Assembly (NCBI GenBank): GCA_036653035.1
Contig: JAVVUU010000001.1
Coordinates: forward strand, 3,524-67,523
Reading direction: 5' to 3'
Source: Oscillospiraceae bacterium
Lineage (GTDB): Bacteria > Bacillota > Clostridia > Oscillospirales > Oscillospiraceae
Length of the DNA: 64,000 nucleotides
The position numbers were made by a program, and so were the translations under genes. The notes under the pieces were generated by a model, which made no database searches, was not told the origin of the DNA, and saw nothing but the letters and a program-made list of their open reading frames with translations. The stretch's first letter is position 1. The number at the start of each line of letters is the position of its first letter. This document shows, piece after piece, positions 8,502 through 16,941 of the stretch.

Positions 8502-11195
8502 TTGAACAAACGTGAAGCCGAGCTGCAAAAAGCTCAGGATGAACTGCTAATCAGTAAAAAGCGCTATGAAATAGCTTTGAGCATAATTTCGGATACAGTC
8601 TTTGATTATGTTGTCGATACAAAACAAATTATAAATTTCAAGGGAACTGCCGCAAAATATGGCTTACCCGATGCAATAGATGGTGGCCCGGAAGCAATTA
8701 TTGCCGCCGGAAACATCCATCCGAAAAGCATTGAGCGCTTTCGTGAGCTTTATAAGCGAATTGACGATGGTGATGAATTGTCCTCCGATGTCATTGTAAC
8801 AATTGACAAGGATGGCCGCGAGATAATAAATGAAATCATCATGCACAACATCTATGACAACAATCACAAGCCAACCCGCGCAATCGGAATTATGAAAAAT
8901 GTTACAAAGTCCCTCCAATTACAGCGTGAACGCGATTATGTCAGCTCGCTTTTGTCGGACAAGGTACTTAGCTATGAGGCAAATGTCACTGCCGATAAGG
9001 TCGTATATTATGATGGCGGATGGACGAACATTCTAAGTGAAAAATCCTTATCTTCGCTTACATCAATGCTTACAAGTATCGCTGATATTGCTGTCGCACC
9101 GGAGCACAGGGAGCTGTTTTTGGAAAAAACATCCAGGCAACTACTCCTAACGGCCAACGACAATGGCGAAAACATGATTACCTTCGAATTTCTGATAGTC
9201 GGTACAAATGGCCCGGAGTGGATAAGAACTGCAATTCACATAATTCAAGACGAATTGACCGGAGAAGTTTTTGCACGTTCATACATGAAAAAAGTGAATA
9301 AGCATGCAACAAAACCTCGATTTTCACCGGAGGAGCAATACTATCTCGACACAATGTCTGCCAAAGCCGAATTTGTTTACGAAACAAATGTAACTCAAAA
9401 CTATTTCATCAGCGGCCATGAGAACTGTAACAGACTTTACTCTATAGAGCAAAACAATGATTACACGAAAATACTTTTGCTATTTACCGAAAAGGCGCTG
9501 CACCCGGCAGATAGAGCCAAGTTTCTTGAAGTTACACTTCGCGAAAATCTAATTGCCGCATACAAAAACGACAACACCGATTTTATGTGCGATTATCGCA
9601 AGCTCAATGACGATGGCGATTTCATCTGGTGTCGTTCCACCATACATCTCTACGAAAATGAAGATAACTCGGATGTTTACGGAATTTGCTGTGTCGAAAA
9701 TATTGACGCCGAGAAAAAACTGCAGCTTGAGCTAATTTATAAAGCCGAACACGATTTGTTGACGGGTATGTATAACAAAATAACCGTTGAGGAGGTTATA
9801 ACAGATTTTCTTTCAACAAGTGACGCTAAAGCAAACGGACACGCATTTTTAATTCTCGACATCGACTATTTTAAATCCGTAAACGACACCTTTGGTCACG
9901 CTTTTGGGGACACCTACCTTTCTCAGACCGCAACAAAAATAAAATCGCTGTTTCGCGACGATGATACTTTCGGCAGAATTGGCGGAGATGAATTTGTCGT
10001 ATTTATGAAAAACGTAAAAAGCGAACACCGAATTCAGTCAAAAGCCGAGGAGCTTTGCAAAATTCTATCCGAAACCTACACCGTCAATGGAGCACAGCAA
10101 ACCTTTTCCGTCAGCATAGGCATTGCCTTATATCCGGCACACGGAAAAACCTATGACGCACTCTACCGCAACTCCGATGCTGCTCTTTACTATGCAAAGG
10201 AGCACGGCCGCGACCAATACGCCATGTTCACACCAAACATGGAGCTTTGCGCCACCGCTGTAAAAGCGATTGACAACGTCCGATTGCCGCACACAAAAAT
10301 ATTTGAAGAAAGCATATGCGAATATGTATTTCGCATTCTATATGAAGCTACTGACAAAAGCTCCTCAATCAATACAGTGCTTGAGCTTATTGGAAAGCAC
10401 TATGCGGCAAGCCGCGTATACATTTTTGAAGATTATGATGACGGCCGCTACTCCCGCAACACGTTTGAGTGGTGCGCGCAGGGGGTACCGCCCGAAATCG
10501 AAAACCTCCAAAGCGTGTCATATGAAGAATTGGGAACATATAAGGAGCTTTATAATTCCGATGGCTATTTTTATTTGAACGATATAGATGAATCCGACCA
10601 AAGCTATAAGGACATTTTGAAACCGCAGGGTGTTAAGAGCTTGCTTCATTTTTCAGTTGAAAAAAACGGTGTATTCGTTGGCTTTATCGGATTTGACCAA
10701 TGTGACCGCATCCGTGTACCCACGCCAAACGAACTTAGCGAATGTCGAAATATGGCAAATGTTCTGGGAATTTTCATTACTGAAATGCGCGCAATTGAAG
10801 TTGCCGTGGCTGCAAGGCTTGAAACGGAGGCGTCCAAGCAAAGAGTAATGGCAATTGTTAACGCTCTCGGCTCCTATGCCTATGTATGCGACCCTGAAAC
10901 CTATGAAGTCCTGTTTATCAACAAACAGCTTAACATACTTGCCCCAAACGCAAAGAACAACTGCATATGCTACGAAGCCTTTTGGGCAAACACCGAGCCT
11001 TGTAAGGGTTGCCCAATAAATGCGCTGCGTGAGCAGAAATCCGGAAAATACACTACCGAAATGTACAACCACAATCTCAAGCGCTGGGTGAAGGTTACAA
11101 CCTCATGGATTGACTGGCTGGATAACAAAAAAACTTGCCTTGTTGAAAGTGTTGATATTACAAAGTACATCACAGGAACTTCAACTTCATATTAA
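8502..11195 (+). CDS. PAS-repeat / GGDEF diguanylate cyclase / GAF-like / C-terminal Cys-motif PAS-like protein (897 aa)
   Basis: TTG start 8 nt after GAGGGGG. Cyclase core: ILDIDYFKSVNDTFGHAFGD ... RDDD-x5-GGDEF. The C-terminal segment carries CxC-x10-CxxC. Confidence 0.88.
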   Translation: MNKREAELQKAQDELLISKKRYEIALSIISDTVFDYVVDTKQIINFKGTAAKYGLPDAIDGGPEAIIAAGNIHPKSIERFRELYKRIDDGDELSSDVIVTIDKDGREIINEIIMHNIYDNNHKPTRAIGIMKNVTKSLQLQRERDYVSSLLSDKVLSYEANVTADKVVYYDGGWTNILSEKSLSSLTSMLTSIADIAVAPEHRELFLEKTSRQLLLTANDNGENMITFEFLIVGTNGPEWIRTAIHIIQDELTGEVFARSYMKKVNKHATKPRFSPEEQYYLDTMSAKAEFVYETNVTQNYFISGHENCNRLYSIEQNNDYTKILLLFTEKALHPADRAKFLEVTLRENLIAAYKNDNTDFMCDYRKLNDDGDFIWCRSTIHLYENEDNSDVYGICCVENIDAEKKLQLELIYKAEHDLLTGMYNKITVEEVITDFLSTSDAKANGHAFLILDIDYFKSVNDTFGHAFGDTYLSQTATKIKSLFRDDDTFGRIGGDEFVVFMKNVKSEHRIQSKAEELCKILSETYTVNGAQQTFSVSIGIALYPAHGKTYDALYRNSDAALYYAKEHGRDQYAMFTPNMELCATAVKAIDNVRLPHTKIFEESICEYVFRILYEATDKSSSINTVLELIGKHYAASRVYIFEDYDDGRYSRNTFEWCAQGVPPEIENLQSVSYEELGTYKELYNSDGYFYLNDIDESDQSYKDILKPQGVKSLLHFSVEKNGVFVGFIGFDQCDRIRVPTPNELSECRNMANVLGIFITEMRAIEVAVAARLETEASKQRVMAIVNALGSYAYVCDPETYEVLFINKQLNILAPNAKNNCICYEAFWANTEPCKGCPINALREQKSGKYTTEMYNHNLKRWVKVTTSWIDWLDNKKTCLVESVDITKYITGTSTSY

Positions 11196-11276
11196 ATCAA
11201 TATACATTATAAAATGAGCGGCCCGACAGCACGACATATCTACAACTATTACGAATATAGTTAGGAGTGGACTTCG

Positions 11277-13484
11277 GTGAAAAGCTTATCAAAAAAGCCC
11301 TTGTTTGTTATTGTTTCCATTGTATCTTTCTTGTTGGTTTTTACTTCCCTTATAGTATACAGGCATTGCTTGGGCAACAGGCTTACGCTCTCAAATCACA
11401 CCACACTAAATGAGTTTTTGGATGAGCAGCGCTTTAGCTTTGAACAGCGGCTTCAAGAGCAATCTAACACCATAAAAGCTTGCACAGGCTTTTTCTTGCA
11501 CTCACACTATACCGATGAGGAAGTAATACAGACATTAAACAAAATGAAATCCAGTGCTTTGTTTGATTATGTTGGCGTTGTTTCAGCGACGGAAGGCAAA
11601 GGCTTTGATAATACAGGGCAAGAGATTGACATTTCGAATAGTGAGTTTTTTGAAACGGCATTAAAGGGAAATACTGTCGTATCTGACCCGTCAAAGTCTA
11701 AATTTGATGACAGCATCAGTGTCATTTTTGCGACACCTATTTACGAAAACAATGCTGTTGCCGCGGTTTTACTGGGAGTCTACGATGTTTCTAATTTCAC
11801 GGAGCTGCTTCGCCCGGCGTTCGGCGGAAAAGGATATGTCTATGTCACAACTTCAACAGGCGAAATTTTCCTTTCAACCGAGGGAGCAGGAACAAATAAT
11901 GGCAACATCTTCGACAAACTGGCTCCTCTTGAGTATTTGGACAAGGGCAACTATTCCGATATAAAAGCCAACATTGACTCAAACAGCCCCGGGAGTGCTC
12001 ATTACATATATAATGGTGAACGTCGATTTATGCACTACTCCCAACTGGAAAGCAAAAATTGGCTGATTTTTGTGATTGTTCCGGAGAGCATTATCTCGGA
12101 ACAGGCAAACATGATTATGAACGGCACCGGTATACTAATACTTGGCATATTATTCGTCTTTGTTTTAATAATGATTTTATTCTTCAGAGAGCAAAAGCTC
12201 CACATTCAGGATCTTTCAACCCTTGCATATAAGGATGAGCTTACGGGTGCAATTAACAAAAGAAAATTTTACGAGCTGGCCGAAAAAGCCATTGACTCGA
12301 AAACTCGATATGTGCTTCTTGTTTTGGATATAGAAAAATTCAAGGTTTTAAATGACACCTTGGGCTATGAATACGGCGACAGACTATTAATCTCCATGGC
12401 AACTATTATGGAGCAGCATACAGGCAAAAACGAGCTTTTCGGAAAAGGCGAGTCCGACCATTTTTATCTGCTTTTCGAATACACCGATGAACAGCACATA
12501 ACTCAACGCATAGACACAATTATTGCCGAAATCCAAAATGATTTTCGTGCAAATATAAGCAGCAATTACAACCTCAGTGTATGTGCCGGCGCTTATGTAA
12601 TAACAAATTCAAATGAATCTATGAGCATTATGTGCGACAGAGCAAAGCATGCTCAACAGAACATTAAAGGCATTCAATCAAGCAGTACTGCCTTTTTCAG
12701 CGAGGAAATTTTCGAACAGATTGTTAAAGAAAAAGACATTGAAAACCGAATGCAGTCAGCCTTGGATAACGAAGAATTTATGCTCTATCTTCAGCCTAAG
12801 TTCAGATTGTGCGATGAAATAATATTGGGTGCCGAGGCTTTGGTGCGTTGGAAAACTGCAAGTGGCGTAATTATGCCACCCAACGACTTTATCCCAATAT
12901 TCGAAAAAAATGGATTTGTTACAAAGCTTGATATGTATATGCTTGAAAAGTCCTGTGCTTTCATCAGACAGCAATTTGACATGGGCATAACGCCCGTTCC
13001 CATCTCAATAAATTTCTCAAGACTTCACTTGAAAAACCCGCATTTTGTTGAGGATATTGCTAGGATTGTAAGCAAATATAATGTTTCGCCCCGGCTTATT
13101 GAAATTGAGCTTACGGAAAGCACAATCCATGACAACGAAATTACGATGATAGACCTTTTGGAAAGTCTGCACAAGAGAGGCTTTGCACTTTCAATGGATG
13201 ATTTTGGAAGCGGATACTCGTCCTTGGGTCTATTAAAAAATCTCTCCGTGGACACCGTTAAGCTGGATCGCACCTTCTTCACTGAATATACCGACTTTGA
13301 CAGAGCAAAAACTGTTATCTCAAATATGATTACAATGACAAGGGAGCTAAACATCAATACAGTAGCCGAGGGAGTTGAAACAAAGGAGAACATTGACCTC
13401 CTCCGTGAATTGGGCTGTGATATCGTGCAGGGATTTTATTTTGCAAGGCCAATGGAAGCGCTTGAGATAAATAAAATATTATAA
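11277..13484 (+). CDS. membrane-anchored Cache-type sensor / degenerate GGDEF / EAL c-di-GMP phosphodiesterase (735 aa)
   Basis: N-terminal TM helix, a ~260-aa extracytoplasmic region, then a second TM helix (ILILGILFVFVLIMILFF). The GGDEF position reads GESDH. EAL domain is complete: EALVRW, INFS, ELTES, SMDDFGSGYSS, KLD, AEGVE, VQGFYF. Confidence 0.88.
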   Translation: MKSLSKKPLFVIVSIVSFLLVFTSLIVYRHCLGNRLTLSNHTTLNEFLDEQRFSFEQRLQEQSNTIKACTGFFLHSHYTDEEVIQTLNKMKSSALFDYVGVVSATEGKGFDNTGQEIDISNSEFFETALKGNTVVSDPSKSKFDDSISVIFATPIYENNAVAAVLLGVYDVSNFTELLRPAFGGKGYVYVTTSTGEIFLSTEGAGTNNGNIFDKLAPLEYLDKGNYSDIKANIDSNSPGSAHYIYNGERRFMHYSQLESKNWLIFVIVPESIISEQANMIMNGTGILILGILFVFVLIMILFFREQKLHIQDLSTLAYKDELTGAINKRKFYELAEKAIDSKTRYVLLVLDIEKFKVLNDTLGYEYGDRLLISMATIMEQHTGKNELFGKGESDHFYLLFEYTDEQHITQRIDTIIAEIQNDFRANISSNYNLSVCAGAYVITNSNESMSIMCDRAKHAQQNIKGIQSSSTAFFSEEIFEQIVKEKDIENRMQSALDNEEFMLYLQPKFRLCDEIILGAEALVRWKTASGVIMPPNDFIPIFEKNGFVTKLDMYMLEKSCAFIRQQFDMGITPVPISINFSRLHLKNPHFVEDIARIVSKYNVSPRLIEIELTESTIHDNEITMIDLLESLHKRGFALSMDDFGSGYSSLGLLKNLSVDTVKLDRTFFTEYTDFDRAKTVISNMITMTRELNINTVAEGVETKENIDLLRELGCDIVQGFYFARPMEALEINKIL

Positions 13485-13511
13485 TTGTGCATCATTAAAA
13501 CTTTTTAACTG

Positions 13512-13559
13512 ACGCACAGCATAGCGGAGAAAATCCGCCGTGCTGTGCGTTACTCTTTT
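13512..13559 (+). terminator. intrinsic terminator after the Cache-EAL gene
   Basis: acgcacagcatagcgg / ccgccgtgctgtgcgt stem followed by tactcttttg. Confidence 0.75.
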
Positions 13560-13574
13560 GTGACTATTTTGGTG

Positions 13575-13603
13575 TTGCAAAATGTTAGCTAATCTGTTAT
13601 ATT
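13575..13603 (+). promoter_or_regulatory. predicted sigma-70-type promoter of the decarboxylase gene
   Basis: TTGCAA, 17-nt spacer, TATATT. Confidence 0.5.
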
Positions 13604-13658
13604 AAATTCTAATGTCATTGCGACATTAACACATTAACTCAATAAAAGGAGACAAAAA

Positions 13659-14900
13659 ATGAAAAAGCCGTTTGTATCGCTTGAGCAGCTAAAAGAGTTT
13701 TCAAAAGAATTTCCAACCCCTTATCATCTTTATGACGAAAAGGGCATACGAGAAAATGCTCGAAAACTTTACAAGGCCTTTTCATGGAATAAAGGATTCA
13801 GAGAATATTTCGCTGTTAAGGCCACTCCAAACCCCACAATCATGCAAATTTTAACCGAGGAAGGCTGCGGCATGGACTGTTCCTCATTAACGGAGCTTAT
13901 GCTCTGTGACCGCTGCGGCATCTCCGGCAACAACATAATGTTTTCCTCAAACGACACCCCCGCAGAGGACTTTTTGCTTGCCGACAAGCAAAATGCAATA
14001 ATAAATCTTGACGATATCACCCACATAGATTTTCTTGAAAAAACAATTGGCCACATCCCCGAAAAAATTTGCTGCCGCTATAATCCCGGCGGAAATTTTG
14101 AAATATCCAACACAATAATGGATACCCCGGGCGACTCAAAATATGGCCTTACAAAGCCGCAGATGTTTCAGGCGTTCCGCTTGCTCAAGGAAAAGGGCGT
14201 CAAAGAATTCGGAATACACGCATTTTTGGCAAGTAACACCGTTACGAACGACTATTACCCAACCCTTGCCGCTGTGCTCTTCCGCCTTGCAGTCGAGCTT
14301 AAAAACGAGCTTGACATACATATAAGCTTCATCAATCTCTCCGGCGGCGTTGGCATCCCTTATCGCGCCGACCAACAATCCGCAGACATTGAGCTGATAG
14401 GGGAGCGCGTTGAAAAGGTATTCAATCAAATTCTTGTTCCCGCCGGAATGGGCGATGTTTCTCTATATACGGAGCTTGGCCGCTTCATGCTTGGCCCCTA
14501 TGGCTGCCTTGTAACGACCGCACTCCACCAGAAGCACATCCACAAGGACTACATAGGCGTTGATGCCTGTGCCTGCAACCTTATGCGTCCTGCTATGTAT
14601 GGAGCATACCACCACATCACTGTCATGGGCAAGGAGAGCGCCCCCGAGGATCACCTTTACGACATTGTCGGCGGGCTTTGCGAAAATAACGACAAGTTTG
14701 CAATTGACCGCTGGCTTCCCCGCATCGACACGGGCGATTTCATCGTAATCCACGACACCGGTGCGCACGGCCACTCCATGGGCTACAACTACAACGGCAA
14801 GCTCCGCAGTGCCGAGCTGCTTCTCTGCGAGGACGGCACAGCAAAGCAAATACGCCGCGCCGAAACCCCCGAAGATTATTTTGCAACTTTAAACTACTAA
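13659..14900 (+). CDS. PLP-dependent fold-type III decarboxylase (Orn/DAP/Arg decarboxylase family 2; diaminopimelate decarboxylase-like)
   Basis: YFAVKATPNP (PLP-lysine motif), LSGGVGIPY, GGLCENNDKF and HDTGAHGHSMGYNYNGKLRSAELLL. The substrate (DAP versus Orn/Lys) cannot be fixed from sequence alone. Confidence 0.8.
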   Translation: MKKPFVSLEQLKEFSKEFPTPYHLYDEKGIRENARKLYKAFSWNKGFREYFAVKATPNPTIMQILTEEGCGMDCSSLTELMLCDRCGISGNNIMFSSNDTPAEDFLLADKQNAIINLDDITHIDFLEKTIGHIPEKICCRYNPGGNFEISNTIMDTPGDSKYGLTKPQMFQAFRLLKEKGVKEFGIHAFLASNTVTNDYYPTLAAVLFRLAVELKNELDIHISFINLSGGVGIPYRADQQSADIELIGERVEKVFNQILVPAGMGDVSLYTELGRFMLGPYGCLVTTALHQKHIHKDYIGVDACACNLMRPAMYGAYHHITVMGKESAPEDHLYDIVGGLCENNDKFAIDRWLPRIDTGDFIVIHDTGAHGHSMGYNYNGKLRSAELLLCEDGTAKQIRRAETPEDYFATLNY

Positions 14901-14945
14901 ACCGTCAAATCTAACAGCATAACAAAATTTTTGAAAGCCATATCC

Positions 14946-15551
14946 CTAAAGCTTTTCAATCAAGGTTGCAGATACCTCAAAAGCGGTTTTTTTAATTTCC
15001 TCACCGTCATTGCTTTTTATGTATTTGCGGCTTTGAATTCTTCCGTCAAGCTCAAGGCTGTCGCCAACCTCCCATAGTGCCGCCTCATGCGCGTTCTGCC
15101 CCCAGCAAATGCAAGGCAGATAATCCGAGTGGCCATAGGGGCGATTAACGGCTATCAGCAGGTCGCAAATTTCCCTGCCAAGCGGTGTAGCCCTCAAATT
15201 TGGGCGCTTGCAGAGTGTACCACAGAGCCACACGTTGTTCTGCGGCTCCTCGTTACAAAATTCAAGTGTGTGTGCATACACAAATATAACAAGCTTATTG
15301 CCGACTCCGCTCTTATTATTATAAGAGCGGAGTTCGCCCGTTATTTTGAGCATTTCACTGTTATCCGGCTCAATTTCCGACAATAATTCCTCTGTGCACA
15401 CAATATTGAGCACATCATCAATACCGGAGAGACGTACAACTTTTAATGGAAAAGTATAAAATCTTTTATTGTGGTTAGTGTGCGAATATTCCGGTCTGCC
15501 ATCAAGAGTTCCGCAAAGCGTTACAGAGCTTTCTACCCTTCGTTCTTCCAT
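14946..15551 (-). CDS. tandem OB-fold, SSB-family-like protein (no acidic C-terminal tail)
   Basis: Two internally similar halves (VTLCGTLDGRPEYSH...LKITGELRSY and VWLCGTLCKRPNLRA...LELDGRIQSRKY). Start taken at the ATG at 15551, 5 nt after GGAGG; the tracked TTG at 15563 lies within the RBS. Confidence 0.55.
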   Translation of the reverse strand: MEERRVESSVTLCGTLDGRPEYSHTNHNKRFYTFPLKVVRLSGIDDVLNIVCTEELLSEIEPDNSEMLKITGELRSYNNKSGVGNKLVIFVYAHTLEFCNEEPQNNVWLCGTLCKRPNLRATPLGREICDLLIAVNRPYGHSDYLPCICWGQNAHEAALWEVGDSLELDGRIQSRKYIKSNDGEEIKKTAFEVSATLIEKL

Positions 15552-15851
15552 AAGTACCTCCAAATTTCTTCACCTAACATATTATTACGGCGTCTCCCTA
15601 CCAAAAACGAGGCGGATTGCCTGTCCAAACGCACTGCGATTTAAGCTCGCATCAAAGGCGGCAGGGATTTGTGATAACACAGCTTATTCGGCCAAGGCTC
15701 TGCATATTACCAATTTGTTCAAATGCGGCGCACATATGTCCGTTTCACACCGACATCACTTTAATGCAATAAATTCGGGCAAAAATTTAGCTAATTTATA
15801 GGGGAAAACCGAAAAAATAAATATTGGAAGGGTCAAATTTGCATGAACGCC

Positions 15852-15878
15852 TTGACGCGACTGCAAATTTGTTATAAT
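15852..15878 (+). promoter_or_regulatory. predicted promoter of oppBCDF (extended -10)
   Basis: TTGACG, 15-nt spacer including TGT, then TATAAT (TGnTATAAT). The short spacer lowers confidence. Confidence 0.4.
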
Positions 15879-15991
15879 ATTGCAAAGATATAATTCGGAC
15901 ATTGTTTGTTTTGGGGGCTTATTTTTTGCAATCAGGCACAAACTAATCCGGCAGCACTATCAGCAGTATACTAAAAACAGGAAGTGAAGAT

Positions 15992-16939
15992 ATGGCAAAA
16001 TACACCATAAAAAGGTTGCTCATGGCAATCGTAACACTATTCATTGTTGCGGCCTTGACCTTTTTTTTGATGAACAGTATCCCCGGAAGCCCTTGGCTGA
16101 GTGAAAAGGCTCCCTCACAAGCAACAATCGACGCCTTGAACGAAAAGTATGGACTTGACCAACCAAAAATAGTCCAGTTCGGTAAGTATATGGGCAATCT
16201 TCTGCAAGGCGATATGGGCGTTTCTCTCAAAATGCAGAAAAACCGTCCCGTTATTGACATTATCAAGGATATGTTCCCCGTTTCGGCAAAGGTTGGTTTC
16301 TTTGCTCTGCTCTGGGCAATTGCCGTTGGTATTCCTTTGGGTTGCCTTGCGGCATATCATCGAGGGAGGTGGGTGGACAGTCTCCTTAGGGTGGTCTGTA
16401 CAATCGGCATATCAATGCCAAGCTTTGTCGTGGCGTCGCTGTTGCTGTCAACCTTTGCGGGCAGTAACGAAGCACTGCGCTTTTTCCCAACGATTTTTGA
16501 TGCTTCTCTCGGTGCGAGAGCATATGTTCTCCCGTGCTTTGCTTTGGGATTTTATCCCATGTGCTACACCGCGCGTCAAACGCGTTCTTCAATGCTTGAC
16601 GCAATCGGGCAGGACTACATCAAAACCGCGCGCGCAAAGGGACTCAAGCGCCGCAGCATCCTCTACAAGCACGCTCTTCGCAACGCTCTAATCCCTGTCA
16701 TTACTTATCTCGGCCCACAGGTCGCGTTTACGTTCTGCGGTGGATTTGTTGTCGAAACCGTGTTCTCAATCCCCGGACTTGGTCGTTACTTCGTCCAAAG
16801 CATAAATAACCGCGACTACCCCTTAATAATGGGCACAACAATTTTCCTCGCGGCATTTATTATCTTTATGAACTTTATCGTTGATCTCCTTTATAGGGCG
16901 GTTGACCCAAGAATAAACATTACAGAGGGGAGCAAATAA
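15992..16939 (+). CDS. oppB: oligopeptide ABC transporter permease
   Basis: MAKYTIKRLLMAIVTLFIVAALTFFLM N-terminus and the EAA-loop region DYIKTARAKGLKRRSILYKHALRNAL. Confidence 0.92.
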   Translation: MAKYTIKRLLMAIVTLFIVAALTFFLMNSIPGSPWLSEKAPSQATIDALNEKYGLDQPKIVQFGKYMGNLLQGDMGVSLKMQKNRPVIDIIKDMFPVSAKVGFFALLWAIAVGIPLGCLAAYHRGRWVDSLLRVVCTIGISMPSFVVASLLLSTFAGSNEALRFFPTIFDASLGARAYVLPCFALGFYPMCYTARQTRSSMLDAIGQDYIKTARAKGLKRRSILYKHALRNALIPVITYLGPQVAFTFCGGFVVETVFSIPGLGRYFVQSINNRDYPLIMGTTIFLAAFIIFMNFIVDLLYRAVDPRINITEGSK

Positions 16940-16941
16940 TA

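Noticed and set aside
13659-14900. Idea that this decarboxylase is carboxynorspermidine decarboxylase (NspC), which would make the OppA-like protein plus the Cache-GGDEF-EAL protein an NspS-MbaA-type polyamine-sensing module
   Set aside because: The motifs (AVKATPNP, HDTGAHGHSMGYNYNG) match the LysA/ODC branch. They do not match the CANSDC motifs I recall (LALKCFS, GTTSS, AGYTMVK.NWFNG). The binding protein is OppA-family, not PotD-family. Only the weaker general hypothesis is kept.
15469-15941. 110-aa plus-strand and 61-aa minus-strand ORFs in the ssb-like/oppB intergenic region
   Set aside because: They have no RBS and low-complexity translations. One is partly antisense to the ssb-like gene, and the oppB promoter lies inside the other.
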